Assembly: GCF_052425735.1 (NCBI RefSeq)
Contig: NC_135761.1
Coordinates: forward strand, 10,106,001 to 10,170,000
Length of the DNA stretch: 64,000 bases
Source: Oculina patagonica
Taxonomy: Eukaryota
Direction of reading: 5' to 3'
Made by a program: the position numbers and the translations under genes. The stretch's first letter is position 1. Every line of letters starts with the position of its first letter. Shown piece by piece: positions 13,166 through 25,300 of this stretch. The notes beneath the pieces are model-generated. The model was not told the origin of the DNA. It made no database searches and saw nothing but the letters and a program-made list of their open reading frames with translations.

Positions 13166-14752
13166 GAACCGGTTAAGTTATTAAGTCACCAGCATGTGAA
13201 AGCAATCTTTCTTTCTTGTTTGAATTTGTCCTAAAAGGGCAAACTTGAACCTGGTGTATTTTACAACAGTTGATACTCATAACACTTTTGCCACTTTAAC
13301 TAATTTAATGTGTGATTGTTCAGCTAAATTAATACACTTGTATACAGATCAAGAAATAAATTTGGTCATATTTCCTTTGTAGCCTATATCTCTATCTACA
13401 CGGTATTTTATTCTGGATGTGAGATTTTAATTGAATTTCAATTAAAATGTCACATCTAGAATGAAATACCGGTACATTTTGTCAGTCAAATTTCCTGTAT
13501 AGCCTATAAATTATGTCCATTAAACATTCACATGAAACCTCAGTCTTAACAACTCCAGAGCTGTTTTTTTTTTTCTTTTAACAAATTGCCAGCTTTTCTC
13601 CATATTTTTCACCAATTTTAAATACCATAAAATTCTAATAGTAAGCCAGGGCCCAGAGGGAAGGAGGGGGGGAGGGGGGGGGGGGTAGCAGAAAGGATTT
13701 GTTTTGCATCTAAGATTCAGAGGTTCATTTTTGGGAGGGGGGGGGGATAAAATTGGCTAAAAAATATTGGGGAATTTTTTTTACCTCCGAGGTTTTTCCT
13801 TGGGCCTATTTTCAGGGGAGAAGGGTTATTACTTAGGGAGGTGTTTGTTTTATTTTATTGGGGGAGGTGGGGGAATTTAATACTGGAATTTTATAGGGAA
13901 TTAATTTTTGGGAGTAAGGGCTTACTTCTGGGGCTAACCTGGGGGGGGGGGGGGGATTTTTAGAATAAGGGTAATTTTTGGGAAGGGATGGAAGGATATT
14001 TTCAAGAAAAGAACATGTTTTTTGGGTTGGGGTATGATTTTGATTAGACAGGATAAGGCTTTAAATACCTTCCCCCAGAGAAAAAAGCCACAGGAAAACA
14101 GCACTCTGGGGAGGAGGAAGGGGAAAGGATCTGGGGGCTAATTTTTAAGGGTGGGGATACATTTAAAAAAATGGAATTTAACAGGGGGTTTATTTTCAGG
14201 TGAGTGGTATTTGGGGGGGGGTGGGGGTGAGCCTTTTTTTTGGGGGGGGGGGAAGGTCTTAATATTAGAATTTTATGGTATTTGTATTTTTGCCGAATTT
14301 TAGCCCGCAGCTACTTAGTTGTTGATGTACAGAAATAATTTCATGTACATAACAAATAAGTGATAGTATTACAGGTATCAGTCCCAATTTCAAGGTATTT
14401 TGATACTCTGTGCATTGCTAAGTCCAAAAAGTTGCTTAATAATTATTGTGAATGTCCAATAGCATTCTACAGGTGCCAGTCAGTGTATTTAAGTCCAAGT
14501 CCTATAATGTTATGAAACTCAACATTCATAATAAGCAAATCTTAACATCAGAATATCAGGTTATTTTGTTGCTCTGTGCATTGTAGGTCACTTAGTTGTA
14601 TTAGTGGAAATGTCCAGTGAAATTACCAGATGCCAGTCTTATTATCAGAATTTTAGAGTCTTTTTTTTTTTTTGCTCCAAGCATTATTAAGTCCAGTAAG
14701 TCACTAAGTTTAGAAATTCCAGTATTACAGAAGCCAGTCCCCTCACATCCAC

Positions 14753-17700
14753 CTACTCCACTGCCACATTGCTCCAATCGAAGTGCACCACAGTAACTGT
14801 GATGTCATCACGATAATTGCGCACATCAGGATAAGGAATATTTAAGCTTGTACTAACAGCTACATGATCGTCACCTCCAAGAGCCTCTTTGATGAGACGA
14901 GAAGCAGAGTTCTTCAGACTGCTTGTAGATTTCTGTTCCCGGTATGTTATACTGTAGCCTGGATTGTGTTTCTCTAAATTATCTCTCACAAAGTCGACGG
15001 CTTCCTCGTTACTTAGCATGTCCCATAAACCATCAGTGGCAAGAATTAAAAATCTGTCCGAACGTTGCAGCTGGTATGATGTCACTTCTGGTTCAGCAGT
15101 AAGGTAGGGTGGAGTGAGAAATTCTTTAGCGTCAGATAATGGTTTAAGCCCTCTTTCACGAAACAATTTTTCTTGTTTCTTCTTGCTCCATTTGAATTTA
15201 GCGTCACCAAACGCTCTTAAGGGTGCTAGGCGGCCAAGAAGTCTTTCATACCTAAGGCAAGTAGATGCCTCCTCTACTGGGTGTTCACTCATTACTCGCT
15301 GGACTTCACTGGGGTTGCCTAGCAACAAGAAATTAGTTACTGTTAATTTTATCTGACACATGTGCAAGTGGCCATACTATTATTGGTTTATTCAATCGTT
15401 GTATTGAATGATACTGTAAACAGCCGCAGATGCTGCACCTTTATTCCAAAAAACTCGCCAGAAATTTTCGTAAATTGACACTTTAATGGAAAAGTATGTA
15501 AATTAATACTACATAAAACAACAAGTGAGTACCGGTCATTGCTCTTGCAAGTTTGACAGCTCCTAAAAGCTGTTTGTAGTGTAGATGATGGCCTATATTT
15601 TCCACAGTATAAAGTATAATTGATACTCCACAAGTGAGAATTCCACAAGGATTTTCTTTGATTTACTTTCAAAAAACTTTTTTTTCCATAACTTGAGTTG
15701 GTAAATTCAGAGTAGCGGCTTATCTGACTGTGGGGTGCCGCTTATGTGGGTGTTTACGGTAATTGTTTCTAAGCTATAGGTTTTCCAGGCTATGTTGTTA
15801 CTAGGAAGAATTGTTACAAATGTGCACAAAATTAAATCCTCATTCATTCATTGCCCTTTGATTACCCAGATAGCAGGTAAGTAATTCTGCCTTCGTACAA
15901 GCAGTTTGAGAAGAAATTTGAAAGTGATCATATTTAAACATCAAGTTCCAAAACAAGTAAAAAGGAGCCATGTTTGAGAAGAGCATGGTAAACATTCAGG
16001 AAAATTCACACATGATTGAACTAACAACCTGCAACCTTCACTGAGGTCTGCAGACTACTAGCCTGCGTTGCAGACGAACAAAACCCTGGTATAGTCCGTC
16101 TGCAAATCAGTGCACAAAAGCTTGTCCCAGCCCCACGCATGTTACCAGGGTTTTCTATAATAGCCAGTGCTCGAACTTAACGGTCGTCCACTCGTCCAAA
16201 ATGAGTGAAAATTGCCCAAAACGAGTTGTTTTGCCACTAGTCCTCTGGACGAGTAAAGTTAGAGTTCTCCAATAAATAATTGCCTTTGTATGGTACTAAA
16301 AGGACTAAAATGGTCGAAGCAAACAAAAAATTTCTGAAAACAAATGTTTTGAAACGACGAGCAAAAAATGCTAGGCGTTCTCTTGGCAGGTAAAAGTCTG
16401 GGTTCCCTCAAAATGAAATGCATCGTAGAATGTAATATGGCGGCTTCTCGTGTTTGCTAAACTTGATTAGATCTTGGCCGCATCTATATTTTCTTTCAAA
16501 ATACAGTTTGTCGAAATGTCCAAACGAAAACCAGTTAAAAGTTCACTGATTTCTTTCTTAGGAGGAAAGCAAGATCAAGAAATCAACGCAACACCTTCAA
16601 TGCCTGCTGCAGCTCCGACCAAAAGAACACAGAAGTTTTGGGAATCGTGGGAAGAAAGGTATACAAATGGCTCCAGTTTGATGAAAAAGAAGACAAAATG
16701 TTTTGCAAGTTTGCAGGGAATTTCCAAATGGAACAAACACGCAATATTCCCTGACGATCGGAACAAATAACTTTCAAACTGCTAAAAGGCCAAATGATGC
16801 ATGTATATGTAACTTAATACGTTGCAGCTCTTATGTACGTGTAACCGAGAAGAAATTGTTGTAATTCTTACTAAAAAATGCATATTTTATGGTTGCGTTT
16901 AATTATTTGATCATGGTTTGGCGTGTATGTACCTGCAGGCACAAATTACTTATTGCATTACAGTCATTATACATGGGAAAAATGTAAAGAGTGACCAGTA
17001 GCATTGCTCCTGGGACGAGTAAATTCTAAGCCTACTCATCCTGTGGAAGACCAGACCTAAAAGTTAATTTTGAGCACTGATAACCTCCGATTGGTTCTTG
17101 AATAGGGCCATTCTTTCGTGCGCCATAATTGGTCGAGTGGATCTCGTGAAACCATAGTTACCATTCGATGAATACCAGATACCAGATACAGTAAAATTCT
17201 GTATTGGATTTGCTCATCCAATTTATTTCGCTTCTCACTTGTTTAGAAAGCGCACTATATGAAGACAGCTGTATTATTTGGAGGCATTTTAAGTTTAGTA
17301 GAGCCATAAGACTGTCACTTTATTATTATAATAGCAAATATGCCGGGCAAATGCGTGGAGGTCATAGGTCTGCACAGTTTCCCGTTTGTATATTTTGACA
17401 CCTCTGTTTTAGATTTGTCATATGTAATTACTATTGCGGTTAGTCTTGGATCATTCATATTTGCAAGATATCTTTGAGTTCTCGAAATGATCGCTCTGGT
17501 CCTAAATTTTCCGTGAAAATGTCAAGGCAAAATTTTTTTGTTTCTATAAAGGCAGGTTTTTTTATAAAGGAAGGTTTTCTATAAAGGCAGACGGAAACCC
17601 TTCCAAAAACAGAAGTGAAGGTGATTGTGACACAAGTCAAGTGAAGTCAGAACATCTGTAGTAAACAAATGGCTTGATACCACTAACTTACACCACTGGA

Positions 17701-19905
17701 GCATAGGCGGCGGAGCAGGGGGGCAAGTGGGGCTGTAGCCCCCCAAACAAAAATTTGGGGGATGAGCCCCCCACATTTTGGTGCCAAAATATTGCAAATG
17801 CAGCGTAAAATTGGTTTTTTAAGATATTTCCTTGGAAGTCTTCGGAAAACTTTGTTTATCTTCGGAAAAGTTCGAAAAATGATCGGAAACATTCCTTTGG
17901 CCTTGGAACAACAGAGAATCTTTGGAAATCTTTGGTCTAGAAACCGCTCAGAAAACAAAAAGTTGCAAGTCTTGCTAGAATGGAAATAAAACCTGCCAAG
18001 TATTTTTGGGACAGTCTAAGCCCCCCCCCCCCCCATGTTCCAAAACGCTCTGCCGCCTCTGTAACAGGTATACTCAGGGAGGGGGGATGGAAGCTTTTGG
18101 ATTTCCAGGGCTGTAGGCAGGATTTTACTTGGGTGGGTGTGAGTACCAGAGGTATGGGCATCTAGGGGGTTCAGGGGTATTCTTCCCTGGGAGATTTTGC
18201 AAAATCAGGTTGTTGAAGTCCACATTTCCTGCATTCTGATAATCTATTTAAACCTCAATCCCTGATAAGGCAGATCTTTGTGACCCATGGGCGGGGAGGG
18301 GGTATGGACACACCCATCACATCCTGCAGCTGCCTATACCCCTTATTTGACTGATACATGTACATGTAAAGGAAAAGTCTGTGTCCGAGCCAAGTGGTTT
18401 ATACAGCCAGAGCTTATTCCAGATTCTGTAGCATTAAGCGACTTGGAGTATTGCTAATCCCCCCTGGATGGGATGATAGTCCATCACAGGGTTCCCCCCC
18501 CCCCCCCAAACACACCTGGATGGAGAGAGGCACTGTGAGAGAAAAGTGTGTTAGCCAAGAACACAATGCAGTGCCCCGCTGGACTCAACCCCAGGCCTTT
18601 TTGACTCGGAGTCGAGCGCGCTAACCATTAGGCCACCCCGCCTCCCACACATGTACATGTACTGCACATAATTTTGACCCCATTCAAAACAGTAGTTGAT
18701 GACCACCAACTGATTACCAAGAATGTGATTATTTCATAATACTTACGAGCTGTATGATCAGTGGATAACTGCAACGCTGACCACTGTCCATCTTCACTCT
18801 GCACACCAAGCACAGCACGGCAGTCTCCACAGTTTGCCACGGTTAGCTCTGTGCCCTTTATGTACACAACCAGAGCACAAGCCCCTGACGTAGCTGCTCT
18901 AAATTTCTGTTCATTTGCCACTTTGTTCTCTCCTTGAGCTAATGCTTCATGACTTAAATCGTCATCTAGTCTGAGAAAAGCCTTGGAAAGTGCTGCCATT
19001 GTGTGAAAAACTTGTTCTTCCTTTGCGTCTGCGGCAGCATTTTGGTGACCATGAGTCTCCTGGAGGTGTGCAAGTGTAGGTGCCACCGAATCACTGCTAT
19101 GAAGTCTCTTCTGCACCCTGCGCAGCTCCATAAAGTACCCTTTTAGATTCTCATAACAGATAGGATCCTCACGGTAGTTGTATTTACTAGGAGCGTTAGT
19201 AACAAGAAAGTGTTTGGCACATAGGTAGTTTTTCAAAGTTGTTCCTAAAAGAATTTCATTTGGAAGTAGTGCGGCTCCTATATAATCTGAAAGACGTTGA
19301 GCAACGTTATGAGCACAACAGTCTCCTCCGTGACCGTCCAAAACTCCAAATAACAAGGCTTCTCTGTCGTGTAGCAATCTACTAACAAACCTTCGATCTT
19401 CAGTTGGTTCATTAGAAGGTAACAGGTTGGACTCAAACGTGCTCACGATTCCGTGCTGAAGCCTTCCTACACATTCATTTTTCGTAATCATGTCCATTAC
19501 TTCTTCGTCAGACATCATCCATGGTTCTCTGTAGCTGCTACGGAAGTTGATCATTCCAAACAAGCTCGAGCGAGCGCGAGATCTTGTGGACGTAAATGGC
19601 TGTAACACCGCCAAATTACCAAGATTTACCAGTCCACGGTAAGCAAGAAGGCTAGGAAATCTTTGATTCCGAAAACCTTTGGCTATACCAAGGCCTTCGG
19701 AATCAAAGGACTTCCTCTTTCTGCCTTCGTTATGACTCCGTCTGGAAAATGACTCCTTGAAGTTCGAGAGCTCACCCGGCAAACCAATTGTTGACTTGTT
19801 TGAGCATTGCTGTGCCTTAGAGATTCCAGCGGTCGATGAACCAGGCATCTTTACGGTTAACATCTTAGTCACCTCTTTTAGCAGTGACTTGATCCACTTT
19901 GCCAT
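14753..19905 (-). CDS. PDP1: Pyruvate dehydrogenase phosphatase catalytic subunit (PP2C/PPM family, mitochondrial), about 574 aa
   Basis: Two exons, 19905-18747 and 15318-14753 (phase 1, joined as DHTA-R-NPSEV). Motifs NLLPSNEPTEDRR, LFGVLDGHGG, SGACA, VANCGDCRAVLG, LGRLAPLRAFGDAKFKW, TPPYLTAEPEV, FLILATDGLWD, YRDDITVTVV are diagnostic of PDP. The start codon is uncertain (several in-frame Met). Confidence 0.93.
16165..17079 (+). mobile_element. Internally deleted hAT-like DNA transposon in the PDP intron
   Basis: TIRs CAGTGCTCGAACTTAAC / GTTAATTTTGAGCACTG. Frameshifted zinc-finger-like remnant KFWESWEERY/KWLQFDEKEDKMFCKF/CREF. No clean TSD. Confidence 0.6.
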
Positions 19906-20177
19906 AACACTCGCTGGATGATCTTCAGAACGAAGCTTATTTTATCTCCAATATCCAAGAGTTCTTTATAAGAAGCTTGCTTATATTCCTAATCACAATG
20001 ATATCGCGCCGGTTTCTTGCTTTTGAAGACGCTGATCACACGTTATTTCACTATCACACGATCCACGTTGTAGAGCTCCTCGTTGCATTTGAGCAAATTA
20101 CTTCAATTAACTCATTACGTACGATTATGACCTCACAGAAAACAACGATTTGTACAAATTGCTTTGCTAGAGCTTGA

Positions 20178-20260
20178 CCGCCATGGATCCGCCATGTTGA
20201 TTAACTAATTACCCACAATGCTGTGTCGACAGAGACAAACTCTTTCCCAGACTCCCTCGC
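20178..20260 (-). promoter_or_regulatory. Putative PDP core promoter with YY1-like and ZNF143/Staf-like motifs
   Basis: Two CATGGCGG motifs on the minus strand (20178-20185, 20189-20199), plus TACCCACAATGC (20210-20221) and TTTCCCAGACTCCC (about 20243-20256), roughly 270-350 nt upstream of the first ATG. Motif resemblance only. Confidence 0.45.
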
Positions 20261-22389
20261 CGAACTTTTAAGGCAAAAATAACGCTTTTAAAATTTTATT
20301 ATTACCTTATGGCTTAAACAGATATTGGATGAGGTTTTTGTGATATCCGGAATAATCAAGGTCGAGGTAAGCGTTATCACCGAAGCCGAAAGGTTGAGGC
20401 TGATAACACTTACCGAGATCTTGATTATTCCGGATATCACAAAAACCGAATTTAATAATTGTTTTATTAGACATTGTTTTTCTGGAAAAATAAGGACAAA
20501 ACGACTACAACCGTTCAACTAATTCCTACTTTTCGTCTTGTTTTTGAATGCTTTTCTCTCAAGGTATTCGTGGAATAGTTCCTCCGCAATCTTTGTCGGT
20601 CATTTTGTGTTTTCCGAGAATTTATTGTCCAGCAATTTTTCAATTTAGGTAAATATTTTGCTCGGTCACCGTAAGAAGCGAATCGACGAACTATGAATTT
20701 CCTTCGCTGTCAGATGTGTCCCACATTCCTCTCGGAAATCATGCATTGCGCGCCCAACCTACAGATTAGTGAATAATCTGCTAGCAGATTATTCACTAAT
20801 CTGAAGGTTGCGCTGATTCTCAGAACAAACTGTAGGCTCCTGGCCAATGAGAAGACAGATAGTGACTACAATGTATAATAATCTTACTTATTTTCGCGAG
20901 TACTAATTTTCGCGATTTCAAAATAATCGCGAAATTTAGTATGTGCGAAAAAAACATTGCGCACGCACACGCGAAAATTAATACCACATTGTATATCAAA
21001 ACAATAAAAAATTTAAATGTTTGGAGCTGCAACTTTCTTTCTTTAAAAATATCTTTCCGTCTTGTTTTTGACTAGCACCCTTTCTCTGATTACTGTTTCG
21101 AGCTTGTAAATTAATTCAAAACCTCTTTAGTGCAGTCACCAAAGTTTCCGTTTGCAGGCTCCTTGTAGTTACAATGAGCCAGACCTTTGTGTATTTCCAG
21201 TGGTTCCTTTGTCCTTGACGACTGGTCCATAAAACACTGATAAAATCGCGAAATTTAATACACTTTTTTTCTATTTTTTTTTTGCAATCGCGAAAATTTA
21301 TACTCGCGAAATTCGGCTCTCAAATTTCCGCGAAATTAAGTCCGCGCGAAAATTAGTGAGAACAAGGTACATATTTTTCCCATACCATATTTAATTCTTG
21401 GCTGTTTTTTTCTCAAGAATAATACAGCCAGCCGCTTAGCACGAACTTAAAGCAAGTCAAAAACGCAACTTCAATTTATACTTTTACCATTTATTTTATT
21501 CTTATTTTTTATAGATATCTTATTCTCTCCCATACTAGTACCATAATAAAATTCTTAGTTATCACTGAATAACCACGTTCTTTGCCATCGATTCTTATTT
21601 CTATTTTGTAATCGTGTTTTTGATCCGTTTTGGTGCGACCTTTCCGATCGAGAAACATTTAGTTCCTTTCAGTGAGACCCAAGTAAGGGCTGGCCAAACC
21701 GAAAAGGGCATTGCTCAGTGTATAAATAGACCATCTAATGATCAACATCTTTCTCTGATAAAAAGTTCCTTGAACTTAACTCCGACCAACAAAGTTATTT
21801 CTTGCCCGACGGCTTCAAATGTGACAAACAATTATTTCAAATTATTTTTTCAACCCTTTTTACAGCAACACTTCTCTTTCTAAAGTATCTAAAGTCGTTC
21901 ACCTTTACATATTATACTGAATAAAAAAGTTATAATTCCTAGGAAATTAAGTGAAATGGAATGCTGTGTACAAGAAAAAATAAAACCGATCAGAATTCTG
22001 AGGCTAATCAGTAAGTTGATTTTGGTATAATTTAAATGTTTCATTAAGTGGCGTGGAATGATGTTTCTTGAATTAATTTCGACTGCTTCCAACATATGCG
22101 CTAATTTAAAGCGATTTTAATTAGTATTCTGGGACTTGAATTACATTCGACATAACCGAAGTGCGACTTGCTAACAAATCAGTATTAACTAAAAATGTCT
22201 ATGAACCATTTTCTGTGATAGAACAGATCATTAAAATATACTAATACCGATAAATAAAAGTAACATTCTTACAATAAATATAACTGATATTGTTCTATGG
22301 ATTTTCAAGATTTACAAATATACAAAAAGAGAAAAGTACGATTTTATAGTGACTGGAAGTAATTACTTATTCACTGTGAGTTATGAATT

Positions 22390-25300
22390 TTACGATTTTA
22401 CGCCGTTCATCAAAGCTAAAGGTTCATCTGGGTTTTCCATCATTCGCTTCATGGCAAAAATCGTATAAACAGCTCCTCGGAGTTTTCTTTTAGCGTTAAA
22501 AGCATTCAGATGATCCAAAGTTCCTTTCCTATGTGCGGTAGATAACTTTCTGTTCTGGGTCCACGGATCTTTAACAAGTTCCGTCGCTGTTATCCGTTCA
22601 TTTCTATCAACCATGAACTGCAACAGAAAGTGCAAGTGCGGGTTACTAAAACGAAAGAAAGAAACTGTTTGCCGCGTCGGCGACAAATCAAACACTGCAG
22701 AAAAACGACAACAACAACAACAGCAGTGACAACAACAACAACAACTATAATTATATATTTGATATGAAGTTAAAAAGGGAACCAATAAGCCGCCCTAGAA
22801 AATTTGCAAAGTTGTCTTTTTGAGTTTTAGCCGACTTATCGTAGTAGCTCTTGTAGATAGAAAGTTGTGCCAATGGAGGAAAAATAGCAATAAAATACTA
22901 GTTAATATAAGTTAAATGAGAAGCGTTCGTTGATTCCATATGGGAGCCATGGGAGTAGCTCCAACCATCCATCCTCCCCTCCATCCTCGTACCCAGGGTC
23001 TTCGTTCCCTTTGACCAGCGGTCAGGAAACGAGCCTGCGCAGAAGGGACGAAGACTCGAGGTACGAGAATGCCTCCCCTCCCGCCCCCAACGCATGCGCA
23101 TCCACCTACACTTCCCGCCCTTTCATTGCCTTTCATGCTTGGGATGTACGCTCTCCCTCCGCATCGGCCAGTCATTTAAAAGGTTAGGTGAAAGGAATTG
23201 AGGCTAGACTGTACTAACTAAAGATACTTGGAACATGAATGCAATAGTAAAGGGTAGCGCAATTTGAAAAATAAAAGAAGATGGTGTTGAGCACGGATTT
23301 TTGGATCCCAGAGACAAAGATGAAATGCTGAATATCTTCTATCCCGTAATCCCTTACCATGCTTTTTATTAGCCGCTTGGCTCCTTCAGATATAGATTTC
23401 CATTCTTCATCTGCGAAACTGTACTTTCCACGTGCAATGAGTCCGAAAAGTTCCTCTCGATTCGTGCTCCAGAAGGGAGGATAGCCGGCCTAAGAAAGAA
23501 ATAAGAAAAAACTTAGGGATGACTGCTGATTTCCATGATAGCATTCACCAGCCTATCTCCTTGATGATTTACGCTTGATTTTTAAACAATATATTTGCAA
23601 GGTAAGGGACTCCAGAGCAAGTATAACCCAGTCCCCTTCCAGTTTGCATTTTGCGAAACACCAACCGGCCGCTAGCGATAGAAGGTGGCTGTGGCTGTAT
23701 TCGTAGCCTAACATAAGATTTTAATGAGTTATTCACCTAAGTTGATTTTAAACACCGGCTTAACGTCTTGTATGCTTCAATATGCATCTTCAGAAGTGAC
23801 CGTTAGCTAGATTACAATTAAATTTAAATGTAAAATGAAAGAATGAACTGTTCGCTACACTTCGAGAGAACAAGAGAACAAACAACACGAACTGACAACG
23901 TCTCAAGCCCCAAAATTTATATAGCCACTGCTACACACATACAGTAGAGGACCAGTACAATTACAAGCTCGCGAGAGCTGCTGCACCATTGGAAAATACT
24001 GTAATTCGAAGACCTACCAATAAAGTATAGAATATTACAGCGCACGCCCAAATGTCCACTTCTCTGCCAATGGGTTGTCTTGTGACAGTTTCAGGAGCAA
24101 GATAGAGCGGAGACCCCTCAATTGGACAAGAAATGATGTCTGACTGTTCTGAAGAAAAAATATTTAAATACCAAAATGAAATTCATAAAGTATTTACACT
24201 TCTTTTTTATTCAAATGCGTTAAACCTAGTGGGAGGGGCGGTGGCCTAATGGTTACTGTTATGACAGGAGAACAGGCAGTATACTCGTGTTTTGATCCAA
24301 CATGAACTAGTTTCTTAGTCTTGTAACCAGGGGAGGGAAGCCCCGGGATGTGCCTTTTTAAAACCCAGTACCAGATGACAGTTTCAGGACATAAAGGACG
24401 AAGGATAACCCGAATAAGTTCATTGTGTCCAACAATTCAGACAACAAATTAGGATCTTGATAAATAGATTGTTATATTTCGGTATAAGCTATACCATCAT
24501 CAGACTAATAAAATTAACATACAAGCTAGATCTTAAATACTGTGAGTGAGGAGACGGGAACAATAAGTTTACTCAGGAGAATAGATAGAGTTCTCTGCTG
24601 GATTTTAGTCCATTGTTCAGGGAAGGTGCTAGGCGTTTGATATAATAAGCCTCTTTGTATAGAAGAAGATTCCAGTTGTGATCACAGTCTATATTCTAAT
24701 ACCGTTGTATCATCACGGACAACATGGGTGAAATATTCTTTGTCATTACTGATAGAAGGTGGAGCAATCTCAGTGTTTAAATTATCCGGTAAATTACACA
24801 AATCACGAATGAAAAGTAAATGGTTACACGTTCGTAGGTGTTTGTAAATTGCGCTCTCTTTGTCAGAGATTGCGTGTTCATGTGTTCGGACGAAAAGAGT
24901 TCTGTCCGTTTTGCCGATGTACGCTGATTGGCAGCCAGGGCATTTAAATTTGTAAACAACATGTGATTTATTCAGAAGTGGAACTCGATCTTTATTGTTC
25001 GTATAGAAACATAGTTTCGTTGTTTTCTCGCGTACTTTTATCTCGATGTTAGAGTTTGTAAGACATCTGCGAAGCGAACTTATTCGGGTTATCCTTCGTC
25101 CTTTATGTGCATTTTTCATGCTAAGGGTATTCGAAAGATAGAAACTTCACAAGTCAGAGTATAGAAAAGGGAAGGAAAGACTGTCCTTTTAAGGGGCTTT
25201 CAATGCCTCTTGAACAGGGAATGAGATATCAGTGATCGTCCTTTCAATGTTTATGTTGCAGAAATCGACATTGAGCGCCAGAGATAAAATCACCTGTACT

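Noticed and set aside
13640-14260. G-run-rich tract as a G-quadruplex regulatory cluster
   Set aside because: It looks like a homopolymer-distorted copy of a common repeat; sequence quality is too doubtful to interpret.
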